In this document: piece by piece, positions 21,085-30,862 of the stretch | How positions within the stretch are numbered: the first letter of the stretch is position 1 | Layout of the letters: each line of letters begins with the position of its first letter | Made by a program: the position numbers and the translations under genes | Notes under the pieces: generated by a model | The model's input: only the letters and a program-made list of their open reading frames with translations | Database searches by the model: none | Told to the model about the DNA's origin: nothing | From: Nitrososphaeria archaeon | Lineage (GTDB): Archaea; Thermoproteota; Nitrososphaeria; JACIWG01 | Length of the DNA: 64,000 bases | NCBI GenBank assembly: GCA_963752255.1 | Contig: CAVVXT010000003.1 | Span: 32,001 to 96,000, forward strand | Direction: 5' to 3'

Positions 21085-21279
21085 TTATATGAGATTTAAC
21101 GTCTTTGCGCATGGTAGACAGTAATATTTTCTTGGACGGCTCTTTGGGACGATTGTTTCACCTATGTTGAAACTTCTTTGGCATTTGTAGCATTTTAGGC
21201 CATTTTCCTTTGCATAGTGGCGATGTGAAAGAAACGATATTTTTTTTGCTGTTAATTTGATCTTTTTAGTTCCTGTCAT
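21085..21279 (-). CDS. Small basic Zn-finger protein
   Basis: CYKC...CLPC; Lys-rich. Confidence 0.7.
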   Translation of the reverse strand: MTGTKKIKLTAKKISFLSHRHYAKENGLKCYKCQRSFNIGETIVPKSRPRKYYCLPCAKTLNLI

Positions 21280-21385
21280 TTAGCTCAGAGATTTCGTAGA
21301 GAATGCTTTATCGCTGTACTTATACTTATAATGATAGTGATATTTTTTTAGTTTTGCGGTTACATTTTCTTAAGTCTAACTTTAT

Positions 21386-21405
21386 GTTTTACGATTTCGT
21401 AAAAC
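21386..21405. promoter_or_regulatory. Inverted repeat GTTTTACGA-TT-TCGTAAAAC (putative operator)
   Basis: Perfect 9-bp arms; GATTTCGTA also occurs at 21290 and 21440. Confidence 0.4.
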
Positions 21406-22036
21406 GTTTTAATAGTGTTCTATTATACCAGATTTGATGGATTTCGTAGTAAATCTTTCATATATAGTCGCAATAAGCTCTTTAATTAGCGTTATCCTTC
21501 TCTATAAGTGGCTGGAAATAGGGAAATGGAACAAACCACTACCTAGTAAGAGAAAGAAGCAAATTTTGATAAATTTTGCAGATATTTTACTAATTCACGC
21601 TTTGGAAATGTGAGCTAATAGTTTTGAATGCAACGATAATAGTACAAAAAGAATCAGAAATACACACAAATAGACGAAAAACTGCCGATTTAGACATTAA
21701 TGAAAGCAAAATCAGACGCACACACAAACACACCTCTATTAGGGGCGGAGATGCCTATCAAATTTGGTTTACCGGATCAGTTACAGTAGCAGTGTTCTAT
21801 TCTAAAGACTGTCTTATAGCCTATCAGACTATTCTAAGATCTTATTAGACTAGACTGGATTTTATTCAAAATAGTCTATCTTGTGCGTAAGCTATCTCTA
21901 TCTATCTGTTTCTTGGAATGTATTGATATGGTTAATATATCTTAATGTCAATAATAGCTCTTAAGTTGTGAATTATGGAAGAATATTCTTCCAAAAGTTA
22001 AAAATAGGCGTCGATGGATGTCTTTATAGATGGTAT

Positions 22037-23080
22037 ATGGTTAGAATGGAAGAGGAACCATTAAAACGATTATCTACATCAATCTTTAAGGCTGCTGGTG
22101 CTTCAAACCAAGAAGCTAAAGTTGTTTCAGAAATTCTGGTGGCAACAAGTCTACACGGTGTAGACTCACATGGTGTTCGATCAATACCCATGTATATTAA
22201 TTGGATTAAGGAAGGTCGTTTAAAAACAAAAGCCAAAATTAGGGTGCTAAAAGAAACTGAAACAACAGCTATGCTCGATGATGGTGGCGGCTTTGGTTTC
22301 GTTGCAGGAAAGAAAGCTATGGAGATGGCTATATCGAAGGCCAAGAAATATAAAATGGGCTCTGTGGGTGTTAAAGGGCCAGGACATATTGGAGCTTTAT
22401 ATTATTATTCCATGATGGCTGTTAAAAAGAATCTGATAGGAATCACGCTATGTAGAGGTGGTGGTCACGGTGCGGCACCGTACGGAGCTGTTGAAGGTCG
22501 ATTAGGAATCAATCCTTTATGTGTAGCGATTCCATCGATGAATGAAAAACCCATAGTATTGGACATGGCCACTACGGTTGTTGCAATGGGGCACCTTGAT
22601 GTCATGTCTGTCCGCGGACAAAAAATACCTGACGGATGGCTTATTAAAAAAGATGGTACCTGGTCAAATGATCCGACCGCTTTCAGAGATGGTGAAGCCG
22701 CGCCTGTGGATTTTGGATTCCCATATAGCGAATATAAAGGGTACGGTCTTAGCGTTATAGTAGAGGCACTAGCGGGGGGGATAGGTTCTGGATGCAGCCT
22801 TGATGAAAAAGGTTTCGGTCATGTATTCACCGCGATTGATCCAGCGGGTTACTGTCAAATAGGAGAATTCAAAAAACGTATAGACTCGATGATCAGGCAC
22901 ATAAAGTCTGCAGAAAAAAGACCTGGTTTTAAAGATATACTTTTACCGGGCGAACCTGAATGGAATGAAGAGGAACGCAGAAAGAAAGAGGGAATACTTG
23001 TTGATGACATCTTTTGGGCTGATATAGTGAAAGTAGCAAAGGAGCTTAATGTCGACGTGGAAAGAGTGATAAAAGGATAG
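22037..23080 (+). CDS. Ldh_2 family (malate/L-lactate/L-sulfolactate dehydrogenase-like)
   Basis: GVDSHG, GHIG, LGINP, LDMAT, YKGYGL, LPGE. Confidence 0.92.
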   Translation: MVRMEEEPLKRLSTSIFKAAGASNQEAKVVSEILVATSLHGVDSHGVRSIPMYINWIKEGRLKTKAKIRVLKETETTAMLDDGGGFGFVAGKKAMEMAISKAKKYKMGSVGVKGPGHIGALYYYSMMAVKKNLIGITLCRGGGHGAAPYGAVEGRLGINPLCVAIPSMNEKPIVLDMATTVVAMGHLDVMSVRGQKIPDGWLIKKDGTWSNDPTAFRDGEAAPVDFGFPYSEYKGYGLSVIVEALAGGIGSGCSLDEKGFGHVFTAIDPAGYCQIGEFKKRIDSMIRHIKSAEKRPGFKDILLPGEPEWNEEERRKKEGILVDDIFWADIVKVAKELNVDVERVIKG

Positions 23081-23145
23081 ATTGTAAATAATACTATACT
23101 ATTTTTAGCCTATATACTTGAATTGTCTTATATTTAGAAGGATGC

Positions 23146-25215
23146 TTATTCGAACTTTAAATTTCTCAGCGTCAGAGAGTTTGTTACTACTGTAACAGAG
23201 CTGAGGCCCATTGCTAAACCTGCCAGTATTGGATTAAGAAAACCCAGTGCTGCAACCGGAATCAGGACGATATTGTATATAAAAGCCCAGAAGAGATTCT
23301 GTCTTATCTTTGACATCGTCTTTCTACTAAGTTGTATTGCGTGGGGTACATCACGAAGATCATCTTTTATTAAGATGATTCCACCTGTCTCTATCGCAAC
23401 ATCTGTTCCGCTTCCGATCGCTATTCCGATATCTGCTTCCGCAAGTGCTGGAGCGTCATTTATTCCATCACCAACCATGGCAACTACTTTCCCCTCTTTC
23501 CTTAACTCTCTTATAACATTCGCTTTATCCTTTGGAAGCACTTCAGGAATAACTTTCTCTATTCCTAATCTTTTTGCAATTGCGTCTGCAGTTCTTTTAT
23601 TGTCACCTGTGAGCATAATTACTTCCAATCCCTTATCTTTGAGCATCTTAATTGCTTGTTCAGCTTCTTTCTTTAATACATCTGAAAAACCTATTACTCC
23701 GATAATTTGCCTACCTGATGAAACGATCATTGCGGTTTTACCGTTGCTTTCCAGATCGTTAAGCCTCTCTTCCATTGGACCTAATTCAATGTTCATCTGT
23801 TCAAACAGTTTCTTGTTTCCTAAAACAATTTCTTTGCCTTCGACTTCTGCCCTTATTCCAAGACCCGGTAAAGCTTCAAAACCATATACATCAGCAAACT
23901 TAATGCCTTCTTCCTTAGCTTTTCTGACTAATGCCTCTCCTAAAGGATGCTCTGAATTGGATTCAACGGAAGCTGAAAGGAAAAGAATTTCTCCAGGAGT
24001 GTACGTAGCTATTGAGACGATATCTGTTACTTCAAGTTTTCCTTCAGTAAGCGTCCCCGTTTTATCAAAAACAACAGTTTTCAGCTTGTAAGCATTCTCA
24101 AGGTATTCTCCTCCCTTTATCAATATTCCCTGTTCTGCACCTTTTCCGGTACCTACGACTATCGCGGCCGGAGTTGCGAGGCCCAGCGCACAGGGGCAGG
24201 CGATAACTAGTACGGCTATTAATGTAGAAAAAGAGAATGCGAATGACCTACCGAGCAGCAGATACCATCCCAAAAAAGAAATCAAAGCTACGCTAACAAC
24301 TAATGGTACAAAATATGATGCTACAACGTTAACTAACCTTTCTATTGGCGCCCGTGCTATCTGCGCTTCTTCAACAAGCTTTACTATCTGAGCTAGTGTC
24401 GTATAGGTACCTATCTTTGTTGCTTTAACCCTTAAAACACCAGTTTTGTTTATTGTTGCACCTATCACTTGGTCGCCTTTCTTCTTCTCAATCGGAACAC
24501 TTTCTCCTGTTATCATTTTTTCATCTACAGAAGAATAACCTTCAAGCACAACACCGTCCGTTGGAATCCTTTCTCCAGGTTTGATTATCATAACGTTCCC
24601 GACTTCAATATTTTCAACTGGTACATCCATCTCACTTCCATCTTTGGATATATGTGCCATCCTAGGCTGTAGATCCATAAGTTTTCTAACGGCGTCTGAC
24701 GCTTTTCCTTTTACAATATATTCAAAGTACTTTCCAGTCAAAATAAAGGCAATTATTAGAGTTGAGGCATCATAATAAGTTGCTTCAGGAAACTTTGGTA
24801 AAGGCAGATAGACTTGGAAGGTCACTAAGGCACTGTAAAAATATGCTGCGGAGGTTCCTGTAGCAATCAGAGTATCCATGTTTGCTGATCTTGCTCTTAG
24901 TGAATGATAAAACCCTCTATAGAACCTCCCACCGGCGATAAATTGCACAGGTGTCGCAAGTATGAATTGGATTAAATTACTTAAGTTTGTGTTTAAAAAT
25001 GATGTATAGCTTAATATGAATATCGGTACACCAAGAGAGAAGGATAAAATTACGAGAAACTTCATGTTCCTCATTTCTTTTTCAGGCTGAAGGAAGGTAT
25101 TCATGCAAGTTTGGCTGCAAAAATAATATGCTGTTCCTCTGACCGTGACCTTTAATGCGTTTTCGTTTTCTTCAACATACATTCCACATACTGGATCCTT
25201 CGCCATCTGGTTCAT
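23146..25215 (-). CDS. copA: Cu(I)-translocating P1B ATPase with N-terminal YHS/TRASH domain
   Basis: DPVCGM..YFCS..C, TGES, CPC, DKTGT, HP, GDGIND, YN and MxxSS. Confidence 0.95.
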   Translation of the reverse strand: MNQMAKDPVCGMYVEENENALKVTVRGTAYYFCSQTCMNTFLQPEKEMRNMKFLVILSFSLGVPIFILSYTSFLNTNLSNLIQFILATPVQFIAGGRFYRGFYHSLRARSANMDTLIATGTSAAYFYSALVTFQVYLPLPKFPEATYYDASTLIIAFILTGKYFEYIVKGKASDAVRKLMDLQPRMAHISKDGSEMDVPVENIEVGNVMIIKPGERIPTDGVVLEGYSSVDEKMITGESVPIEKKKGDQVIGATINKTGVLRVKATKIGTYTTLAQIVKLVEEAQIARAPIERLVNVVASYFVPLVVSVALISFLGWYLLLGRSFAFSFSTLIAVLVIACPCALGLATPAAIVVGTGKGAEQGILIKGGEYLENAYKLKTVVFDKTGTLTEGKLEVTDIVSIATYTPGEILFLSASVESNSEHPLGEALVRKAKEEGIKFADVYGFEALPGLGIRAEVEGKEIVLGNKKLFEQMNIELGPMEERLNDLESNGKTAMIVSSGRQIIGVIGFSDVLKKEAEQAIKMLKDKGLEVIMLTGDNKRTADAIAKRLGIEKVIPEVLPKDKANVIRELRKEGKVVAMVGDGINDAPALAEADIGIAIGSGTDVAIETGGIILIKDDLRDVPHAIQLSRKTMSKIRQNLFWAFIYNIVLIPVAALGFLNPILAGLAMGLSSVTVVTNSLTLRNLKFE

Positions 25216-25404
25216 TGTTTAGGTTTCTCTTTATAAAAGGCTTTATTAGCATCTTTATCTCGTTATAAAAGATACTTATTAAAAGGATGCAACGACTGAA
25301 GCCTGAAGTAAAGTTTTTTCTTTAAGGTAACAATATTCTGTGGACATCAATAATAACAAATATTTTTAAAAAGCATCATTCTACCCTTAATCCGTGATAA
25401 AATA

Positions 25405-27339
25405 TTGTCTGAAACATCGTTACCATTTCATATGAAGTTCGAACCCGGAAAGATCAGAAACGAAGAGTGGGAGAGATCGATTAAGGATCCCGAAAAGTAC
25501 TGGGATGAAAAAGCACGATCCCTTGACTGGTTCAAGACTTGGGACAAAGTTCTTGACGATTCTAATAAACCATTTTACAAATGGTTTGTCAACGGTAAGA
25601 TCAACGCAAGCTATAATTGTTTGGATAGGCATGTAAACTCAGAAAAAAAGAACAAGGCTGCATATATATGGGAAGGGGAAAACGGAGAAGTTAGAACCAT
25701 AACTTATAATCAACTATATCACGAAGTGAACAGGTTTGCTAAAGTATTACAGGACTTCGGTATAAAGAAGGGTGATAGAATTGCATTGTATCTTCCAATG
25801 ATTCCCGAGCTTCCAGTAGCCATGCTTGCGGCCGCAAGACTAGGTGCCCCACATGTTGTGATCTTCTCTGGTTTCAGTGCGGATGCTCTAGCCGACAGAA
25901 TCAACAACGCAGGAGCAAAGGTGCTCGTTACAGCAGACGGCAGCCTTAGAAGAGGAAAGGTGGTTGAATTAAAGAAAATTGCAGATCAAGCTCTTGAAAA
26001 AAGTCCAACAGTCGAAAAAATGGTGGTTGTAAAATATGCTGGACAGCAGGTTAACATGAGAGAAGGAAGAGACTTCTGGTACACCGATGTGGTTAACAAC
26101 GTAGAGCCCAATATATTCGTAAGTCCTGAACAACTAGAATCAAGTGATCCTCTATTCTTACTTTACACTTCTGGGACAACTGGTAAACCTAAGGGTGTTC
26201 AGCACGGTACTGGAGGATACCTCGTTTGGATCTACTGGACGCTTAAGTGGGCTTTCAATCCTAAAGACACTGATATCTGGTGGTGTACGGCCGACATTGG
26301 CTGGATTACAGGGCACAGTTACGTCGTGTATGCGCCTTTGATGATTGGGGCAACTACATACATGTTTGACGGGGCTCCTGACTATCCTCAACCTGATAGA
26401 TGGTGGAGTACAGTAGAAAAACAAGGTATTACTATACTCTATACGTCCCCTACTGTGGTTAGAATGTTTATGAAATTCGGAGATGAATGGGTGATGAAGC
26501 ATGATGTAACAAGTCTACGCATTCTTGGAACCGTCGGTGAACCAATTAACCCAGAAGCTTGGCTCTGGTACTACAGAGTTCTAGGAAAAGAGAAACTACC
26601 TATTATAGACACATGGTGGCAGACAGAAACCGGAGGTTTCATGATATCGCCTGCGATAGGAATAGAACTCGTGCCTCTTAAGCCAGGTTCGGCAACATTC
26701 CCGTTACCAGGAATTTTAGCTGAAGTGTACAATGATGACGGCCAGCAAGCTCCGACAGGAGAAAGAGGCTACTTGGTAATTAAAACTCCTTGGCCTGGAA
26801 TGTTGCAGACTCTTTGGCAGGACCCCGAAAGATATAAAATGGTCTACTTTGGACGATTTGGGGGAATATATTATTCAAGTGACTACGCTATAAAAGATCC
26901 TGAAGGATACATCTGGTTCTTAGGAAGAGCTGACGAGGTTCTGAAAGTCGCCGGGCACAGGATAGGGACTGTAGAAATAGAAAGCGCGTTAGTGTCTCAT
27001 CCATCTATTGCGGAGGCGGCGGTCATAGGAAGGTCTGACGAAATAAAAGGCGAGGTACCAGTCGCATTTGTCGTGCTTAGGAAAGACTTCACTGCATCAG
27101 ACAGTCTTAAGGCAGAAGTTTTAAAACACGTCAGGACAACCATAGGCCCGATAGCAGTACCAGCTGACATAATCTTCGTCAATAAACTGCCTAAAACTAG
27201 GAGTGGAAAGATAATGAGGCGTCTTCTAAAATCTATTGTAGGTGGAGCTACGTTAGGTGATATATCTACACTTGAAGACGGAGCCTCCGTCGAGGAAGTC
27301 AAGAAGGCTATAGAAGAAATGGGAAGCCATATAGGGTAA
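25405..27339 (+). CDS. acs: Acetyl-CoA synthetase (AMP-forming)
   Basis: YTSGTTGKPKG, GWITGHSY, DTWWQTET, PKTRSGKIMRR. Confidence 0.97.
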   Translation: MSETSLPFHMKFEPGKIRNEEWERSIKDPEKYWDEKARSLDWFKTWDKVLDDSNKPFYKWFVNGKINASYNCLDRHVNSEKKNKAAYIWEGENGEVRTITYNQLYHEVNRFAKVLQDFGIKKGDRIALYLPMIPELPVAMLAAARLGAPHVVIFSGFSADALADRINNAGAKVLVTADGSLRRGKVVELKKIADQALEKSPTVEKMVVVKYAGQQVNMREGRDFWYTDVVNNVEPNIFVSPEQLESSDPLFLLYTSGTTGKPKGVQHGTGGYLVWIYWTLKWAFNPKDTDIWWCTADIGWITGHSYVVYAPLMIGATTYMFDGAPDYPQPDRWWSTVEKQGITILYTSPTVVRMFMKFGDEWVMKHDVTSLRILGTVGEPINPEAWLWYYRVLGKEKLPIIDTWWQTETGGFMISPAIGIELVPLKPGSATFPLPGILAEVYNDDGQQAPTGERGYLVIKTPWPGMLQTLWQDPERYKMVYFGRFGGIYYSSDYAIKDPEGYIWFLGRADEVLKVAGHRIGTVEIESALVSHPSIAEAAVIGRSDEIKGEVPVAFVVLRKDFTASDSLKAEVLKHVRTTIGPIAVPADIIFVNKLPKTRSGKIMRRLLKSIVGGATLGDISTLEDGASVEEVKKAIEEMGSHIG

Positions 27340-27465
27340 ACCCCTATTTCTTTTTACTACTCTTCATTTCAATTCCTTTTTAGGCAATTATTAATGATTA
27401 TAGAAAATAATTCCATCTTAGCTACTTCATTTTGTTTGAATCCTACTCTATTTTTTTGCTATTCC

Positions 27466-27798
27466 ATGGTAGACTTCATCAGACGAAAGAAAGATGATGT
27501 GTTCAAGCTGTTACTCGATATAGAGAGAAAAGGCAAATTAGCTGAGGCCATGACCTATGGTTCTCAGGTTCTACCTTTTGTTTATGGACAAGATTTACTC
27601 CAGAAACTTGAGGGTGCTTTGGATTCGGAACCTAAAAATGTTGCAGACATCCTTTCTACTAATGCAAAGGAACTTTACGAAATTAATGGTCGGAAATTCA
27701 AAGAACTTCTTTACAGACTTCTAGATCATAAAAATGAAGATGTTCGCATGTTTGCTGCCAAGGCAATAAAAGAAACTGCTGATACCCTTAGGCCATGA
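27466..27798 (+). CDS. Hypothetical helical protein with HEAT-like C-terminus
   Basis: ORF from MVDFIRR; LLDHKNEDVRMFAAKAI. Confidence 0.6.
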   Translation: MVDFIRRKKDDVFKLLLDIERKGKLAEAMTYGSQVLPFVYGQDLLQKLEGALDSEPKNVADILSTNAKELYEINGRKFKELLYRLLDHKNEDVRMFAAKAIKETADTLRP

Positions 27799-27962
27799 AT
27801 GACATGACTGTGAAGATCGGGAAGTTAATGAGAGAAGATCCGGAGGAGGTCGCTAAGACGATTATGATCACGACCCCTGGGCCCGAAAGCGGATAGGTAT
27901 AAACCACCTTTACAAATTAGGTAATCTTTTCAGAATTTGGACGTTTTTTGACGTTTCATGAT

Positions 27963-27987
27963 TCTGGCGTATAGTTTATACGCCGGA
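27963..27987. repeat. Hairpin GGCGTATA-GTT-TATACGCC
   Basis: 8-bp perfect stem, extendable to 11 bp with one G-T pair. Confidence 0.6.
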
Positions 27988-28001
27988 TTTGTTTCATGAC
28001 C

Positions 28002-28019
28002 GATATCAAGCTTGATATC
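28002..28019. repeat. Perfect 18-bp palindrome GATATCAAGCTTGATATC
   Basis: Self-complementary sequence read directly. Confidence 0.8.
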
Positions 28020-28238
28020 TGAGAATTTATAGGTTTAGGGTAAAGTTAGGGTGTCGACGAGGAGAGCCAAGGAGGTACTTAGGTTAGATCCTTTTTTTTT
28101 CAAACGTGTATCCTCTAATGTTCCCTTTGTCTATTTTGATGTATGTTGGTATGGCGATGTATTCTTCTTTGAGATGTCTGCTTATGATCTTGGCTGTCGT
28201 GTGCGCTCCGATTTTCTTGTAGGATTCACGCAGCTCCG

Positions 28239-28412
28239 CTATGTGTTTTTCTTTTTTATCATTATTTTCTTTTTTGTCATCCTTTTTCCGCAGCACGTCA
28301 TCGGTTCACAGACTGGGCACGATTCTTCGGTGCACCCTTTGGTCACAGTTACTTCGATGTTGCATTTAGGATCACTACAGACATAAACGTCGCCTTTCTT
28401 ATAAGCTACCAT
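28239..28412 (-). CDS. Cys-rich desulforedoxin/metallothionein-like miniprotein
   Basis: GDVYVCSDPKC..V....C....CPVC....CCGKRM; 7 Cys. Confidence 0.75.
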   Translation of the reverse strand: MVAYKKGDVYVCSDPKCNIEVTVTKGCTEESCPVCEPMTCCGKRMTKKKIMIKKKNT

Positions 28413-28533
28413 AGCATACAATTTTAATTTGGTTAATTATAAAGCTTTCCTTGTCACAAACAATTGATTATAATAAGATATTATACAAAGCTATGCTTAA
28501 ATAGGCTTTATCCCTACATTTTATTGTGATTCT

Positions 28534-29064
28534 ATGATAGAAATAGATGAGCTGGTTCCAGATTTCACCGCAGACACAACAAAGGGAAGGCTGTCCATAT
28601 CTGATTTCAGACACAGATGGGTCATTCTCTTTGCCTATCCAGCTGATTTCACCCCCATTTGCGAAGCAGATATCTTAGGTTTCGCGAAGCAGAAGAGGAA
28701 ATTTGACAAACTGGAGGTCCAATTCATAGGATGGAGTGTCGACTCAATTGAAACGCACAACAGATGGCTCAAGGATATAAAGGAAAAGACCGGGATGGAC
28801 GTTGAGTACCCATTGATCGCTGATTTAGGGGGAAAAATAGCAAAATCCTACGGTATACTTCACAAGACAAGGGGAATTCTCTACAGAGGACTTTTTGTAA
28901 TCGACCCCGATGGTGTCTTAAAGTTTGCTGCAACTTATCCTTTGGAGGTCGGAAGAAGCACAAAGGAAGTTGAAAGAATAATTAAGGTTTTACAGAGGGC
29001 AAGGGAACTTGGCAATCTAACTGAGTTGGAAAGAGCAAAAGAATTAAGCAAATATAACGAATAA
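28534..29064 (+). CDS. 1-Cys peroxiredoxin (AhpC/Prx6-like)
   Basis: YPADFTPIC, YPLIAD, R.LFVIDP, GRS; single Cys. Confidence 0.92.
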   Translation: MIEIDELVPDFTADTTKGRLSISDFRHRWVILFAYPADFTPICEADILGFAKQKRKFDKLEVQFIGWSVDSIETHNRWLKDIKEKTGMDVEYPLIADLGGKIAKSYGILHKTRGILYRGLFVIDPDGVLKFAATYPLEVGRSTKEVERIIKVLQRARELGNLTELERAKELSKYNE

Positions 29065-29268
29065 AAACGGATGTATTGCTTAATTAAATTTACATCAACG
29101 GTGCAGTTATATCAATCATTCTTTTTCCTTGGATCAGTCTTTTAGTAAAAACTTTGGGAATGTGTCTAAGTATATAATAATAGCTTTAAACAATCTCCAG
29201 GGAAGGACTGAAGATTGAACTCAAATCAATATCGTTAAAACTGAATCGAGGTCAAAATATGCACATGT

Positions 29269-30117
29269 TTATTTGATATTATTCCAACTTATTATTATTC
29301 TCTGAGTTCTCTTTGCTAGAAGGGTTATTGCGAGGATGGCTAAACCGGTAAGTACGATTGTTCCACCAGGAGCAGCATCTAGTCCGATTGAGATAAGCAA
29401 TCCTAATGTTACGGATACGAGTCCTATTATCGGGGAAAGAATGACCGTTTGTCTGAAGGATTTTGCAACTTGAATGCTCGTTAGAGCCGGTAACACTAGA
29501 AGTGCTGAAATCAATAATACTCCGACAACTGGTATTGATACGACTACAATAATGCCTGCAAGCACACTGATCATGTAATCAAAGAACCACGTCTTAATTC
29601 CCGAGGCTCTGGCCTGGGTCTCATCAAAGGTCACATAGCACAATTCCTTAAAGAACAAGTAAATCAATCCAAGGGAAACAATAAGTACAAAAAGTGCTGT
29701 TAAGATTTGTTCAATATTTACTAGGAGGACGCTTCCAAAAAGTAGACTCTCAATGTTGATCCCAAAGCCGCGGGCGATACTTAACAATACTATTCCTGAA
29801 GCTAAACCTAGTTCAAGAAATACAGCGACAGCCGCATCCCCAGAAATCTTTGTGGACCGAATTGCCTTTGTGATTCCAAGAGAGCCTAGTACCACTACGA
29901 CTCCCGCCACCCAAAACGGTACAATACCGAGGAAGTAGCCTAACGCCAGTCCACCGAATGCGGTATGTGAGAGTCCATCGCCTATCAGTGAGATTCTCTT
30001 TAGAACTATGAAGATGCTGAGCACAGAGCTAAGAATCGCTATTATTACGCTTATTATGAAGGCTCTTTGTATGAAACCAGCTGAGAGCAAAGATAAGAAT
30101 GTATCAAGGATGGTCAT
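29269..30117 (-). CDS. znuB: Zn/Mn-type metal ABC permease
   Basis: GDGLSH, LFGS, VGVLLISALLVLP; hydrophobic. Confidence 0.9.
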   Translation of the reverse strand: MTILDTFLSLLSAGFIQRAFIISVIIAILSSVLSIFIVLKRISLIGDGLSHTAFGGLALGYFLGIVPFWVAGVVVVLGSLGITKAIRSTKISGDAAVAVFLELGLASGIVLLSIARGFGINIESLLFGSVLLVNIEQILTALFVLIVSLGLIYLFFKELCYVTFDETQARASGIKTWFFDYMISVLAGIIVVVSIPVVGVLLISALLVLPALTSIQVAKSFRQTVILSPIIGLVSVTLGLLISIGLDAAPGGTIVLTGLAILAITLLAKRTQRIIISWNNIK

Positions 30118-30862
30118 GTAAAAGTCCTTCTTTAAGCCAATTCGAAAACAAAGAACGCCCCTCAACGTCCGTAATTTCTCCGCAAAAGAATTGTGACTTA
30201 TTTATACATACTACTCTTGTGGCAAGTTTCGTTACAATTCCAATTTCATGTGAAGCAAGTATGATAGTTGTGCCGAGCTGACGATCTAGCTTTCCAATAA
30301 TGTTATAGAATTCTCTCTTAGAATCTAAATCTACGCCACTAGTCGGTTCATCTAGTATGAGCAGTTTAGGGTCGCCCACAAGCGCTTTCGCTAGGAAAAC
30401 CCGTTGAGACTGCCCCCCTGAAAGCTGCCCAATCTTTCGTTCTTTTAAATCGTGTATGCCGATGAGATTCAATAATTCTTCAACTTTTTCATAATCTTTT
30501 CTTCCAAATCTTCGGAAAAGACCGACTTTAGGGATTCTTCCTAGAAGAACAGTTTCATAGACGGTTGAAGGGAAGTTGGCATCTTCTACCTGCGCTCTTT
30601 GAGGAACAAAACCTACTTTCCTCAAATTCTTCTCCGAAATTGGCTCCCCAAACAACTTCACAGTTCCAACATTTGGCTTAATCAGGCCAAGAATAACTTT
30701 AAGAAGAGTAGATTTTCCCGAACCATTCGGCCCGATCAGTCCGATTAGGTCCTTCTCAAAAACTTCAAGCGTAATTCCTTCTAAAGCTGTTACTCCACTA
30801 GGATACTGTACACTCACGTTTTGCAGCTCGACCACGGGTGTTTTCTTAACTGCATCCGACAT
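30104..30862 (-). CDS. znuC: Zn/Mn-type metal ABC ATPase
   Basis: GPNGSGKS, FVPQ, LSGGQ, LDEPT. Confidence 0.9.
   Translation of the reverse strand: MSDAVKKTPVVELQNVSVQYPSGVTALEGITLEVFEKDLIGLIGPNGSGKSTLLKVILGLIKPNVGTVKLFGEPISEKNLRKVGFVPQRAQVEDANFPSTVYETVLLGRIPKVGLFRRFGRKDYEKVEELLNLIGIHDLKERKIGQLSGGQSQRVFLAKALVGDPKLLILDEPTSGVDLDSKREFYNIIGKLDRQLGTTIILASHEIGIVTKLATRVVCINKSQFFCGEITDVEGRSLFSNWLKEGLLHDHP

Noticed and set aside
23273-24091. 272-aa + strand ORF and the many similar antisense ORFs (e.g. 6542, 16575, 35600, 38511, 56965)
   Set aside because: Shadow frames opposite well-supported genes, with no motifs of their own
27796-27798. TGA read-through (selenocysteine)
   Set aside because: Another in-frame stop follows two codons later; no SECIS-like element or redox motif
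28002-28019. EcoRV-HindIII sites as vector polylinker contamination
   Set aside because: Flanks do not continue as a polylinker; it is simply a palindrome
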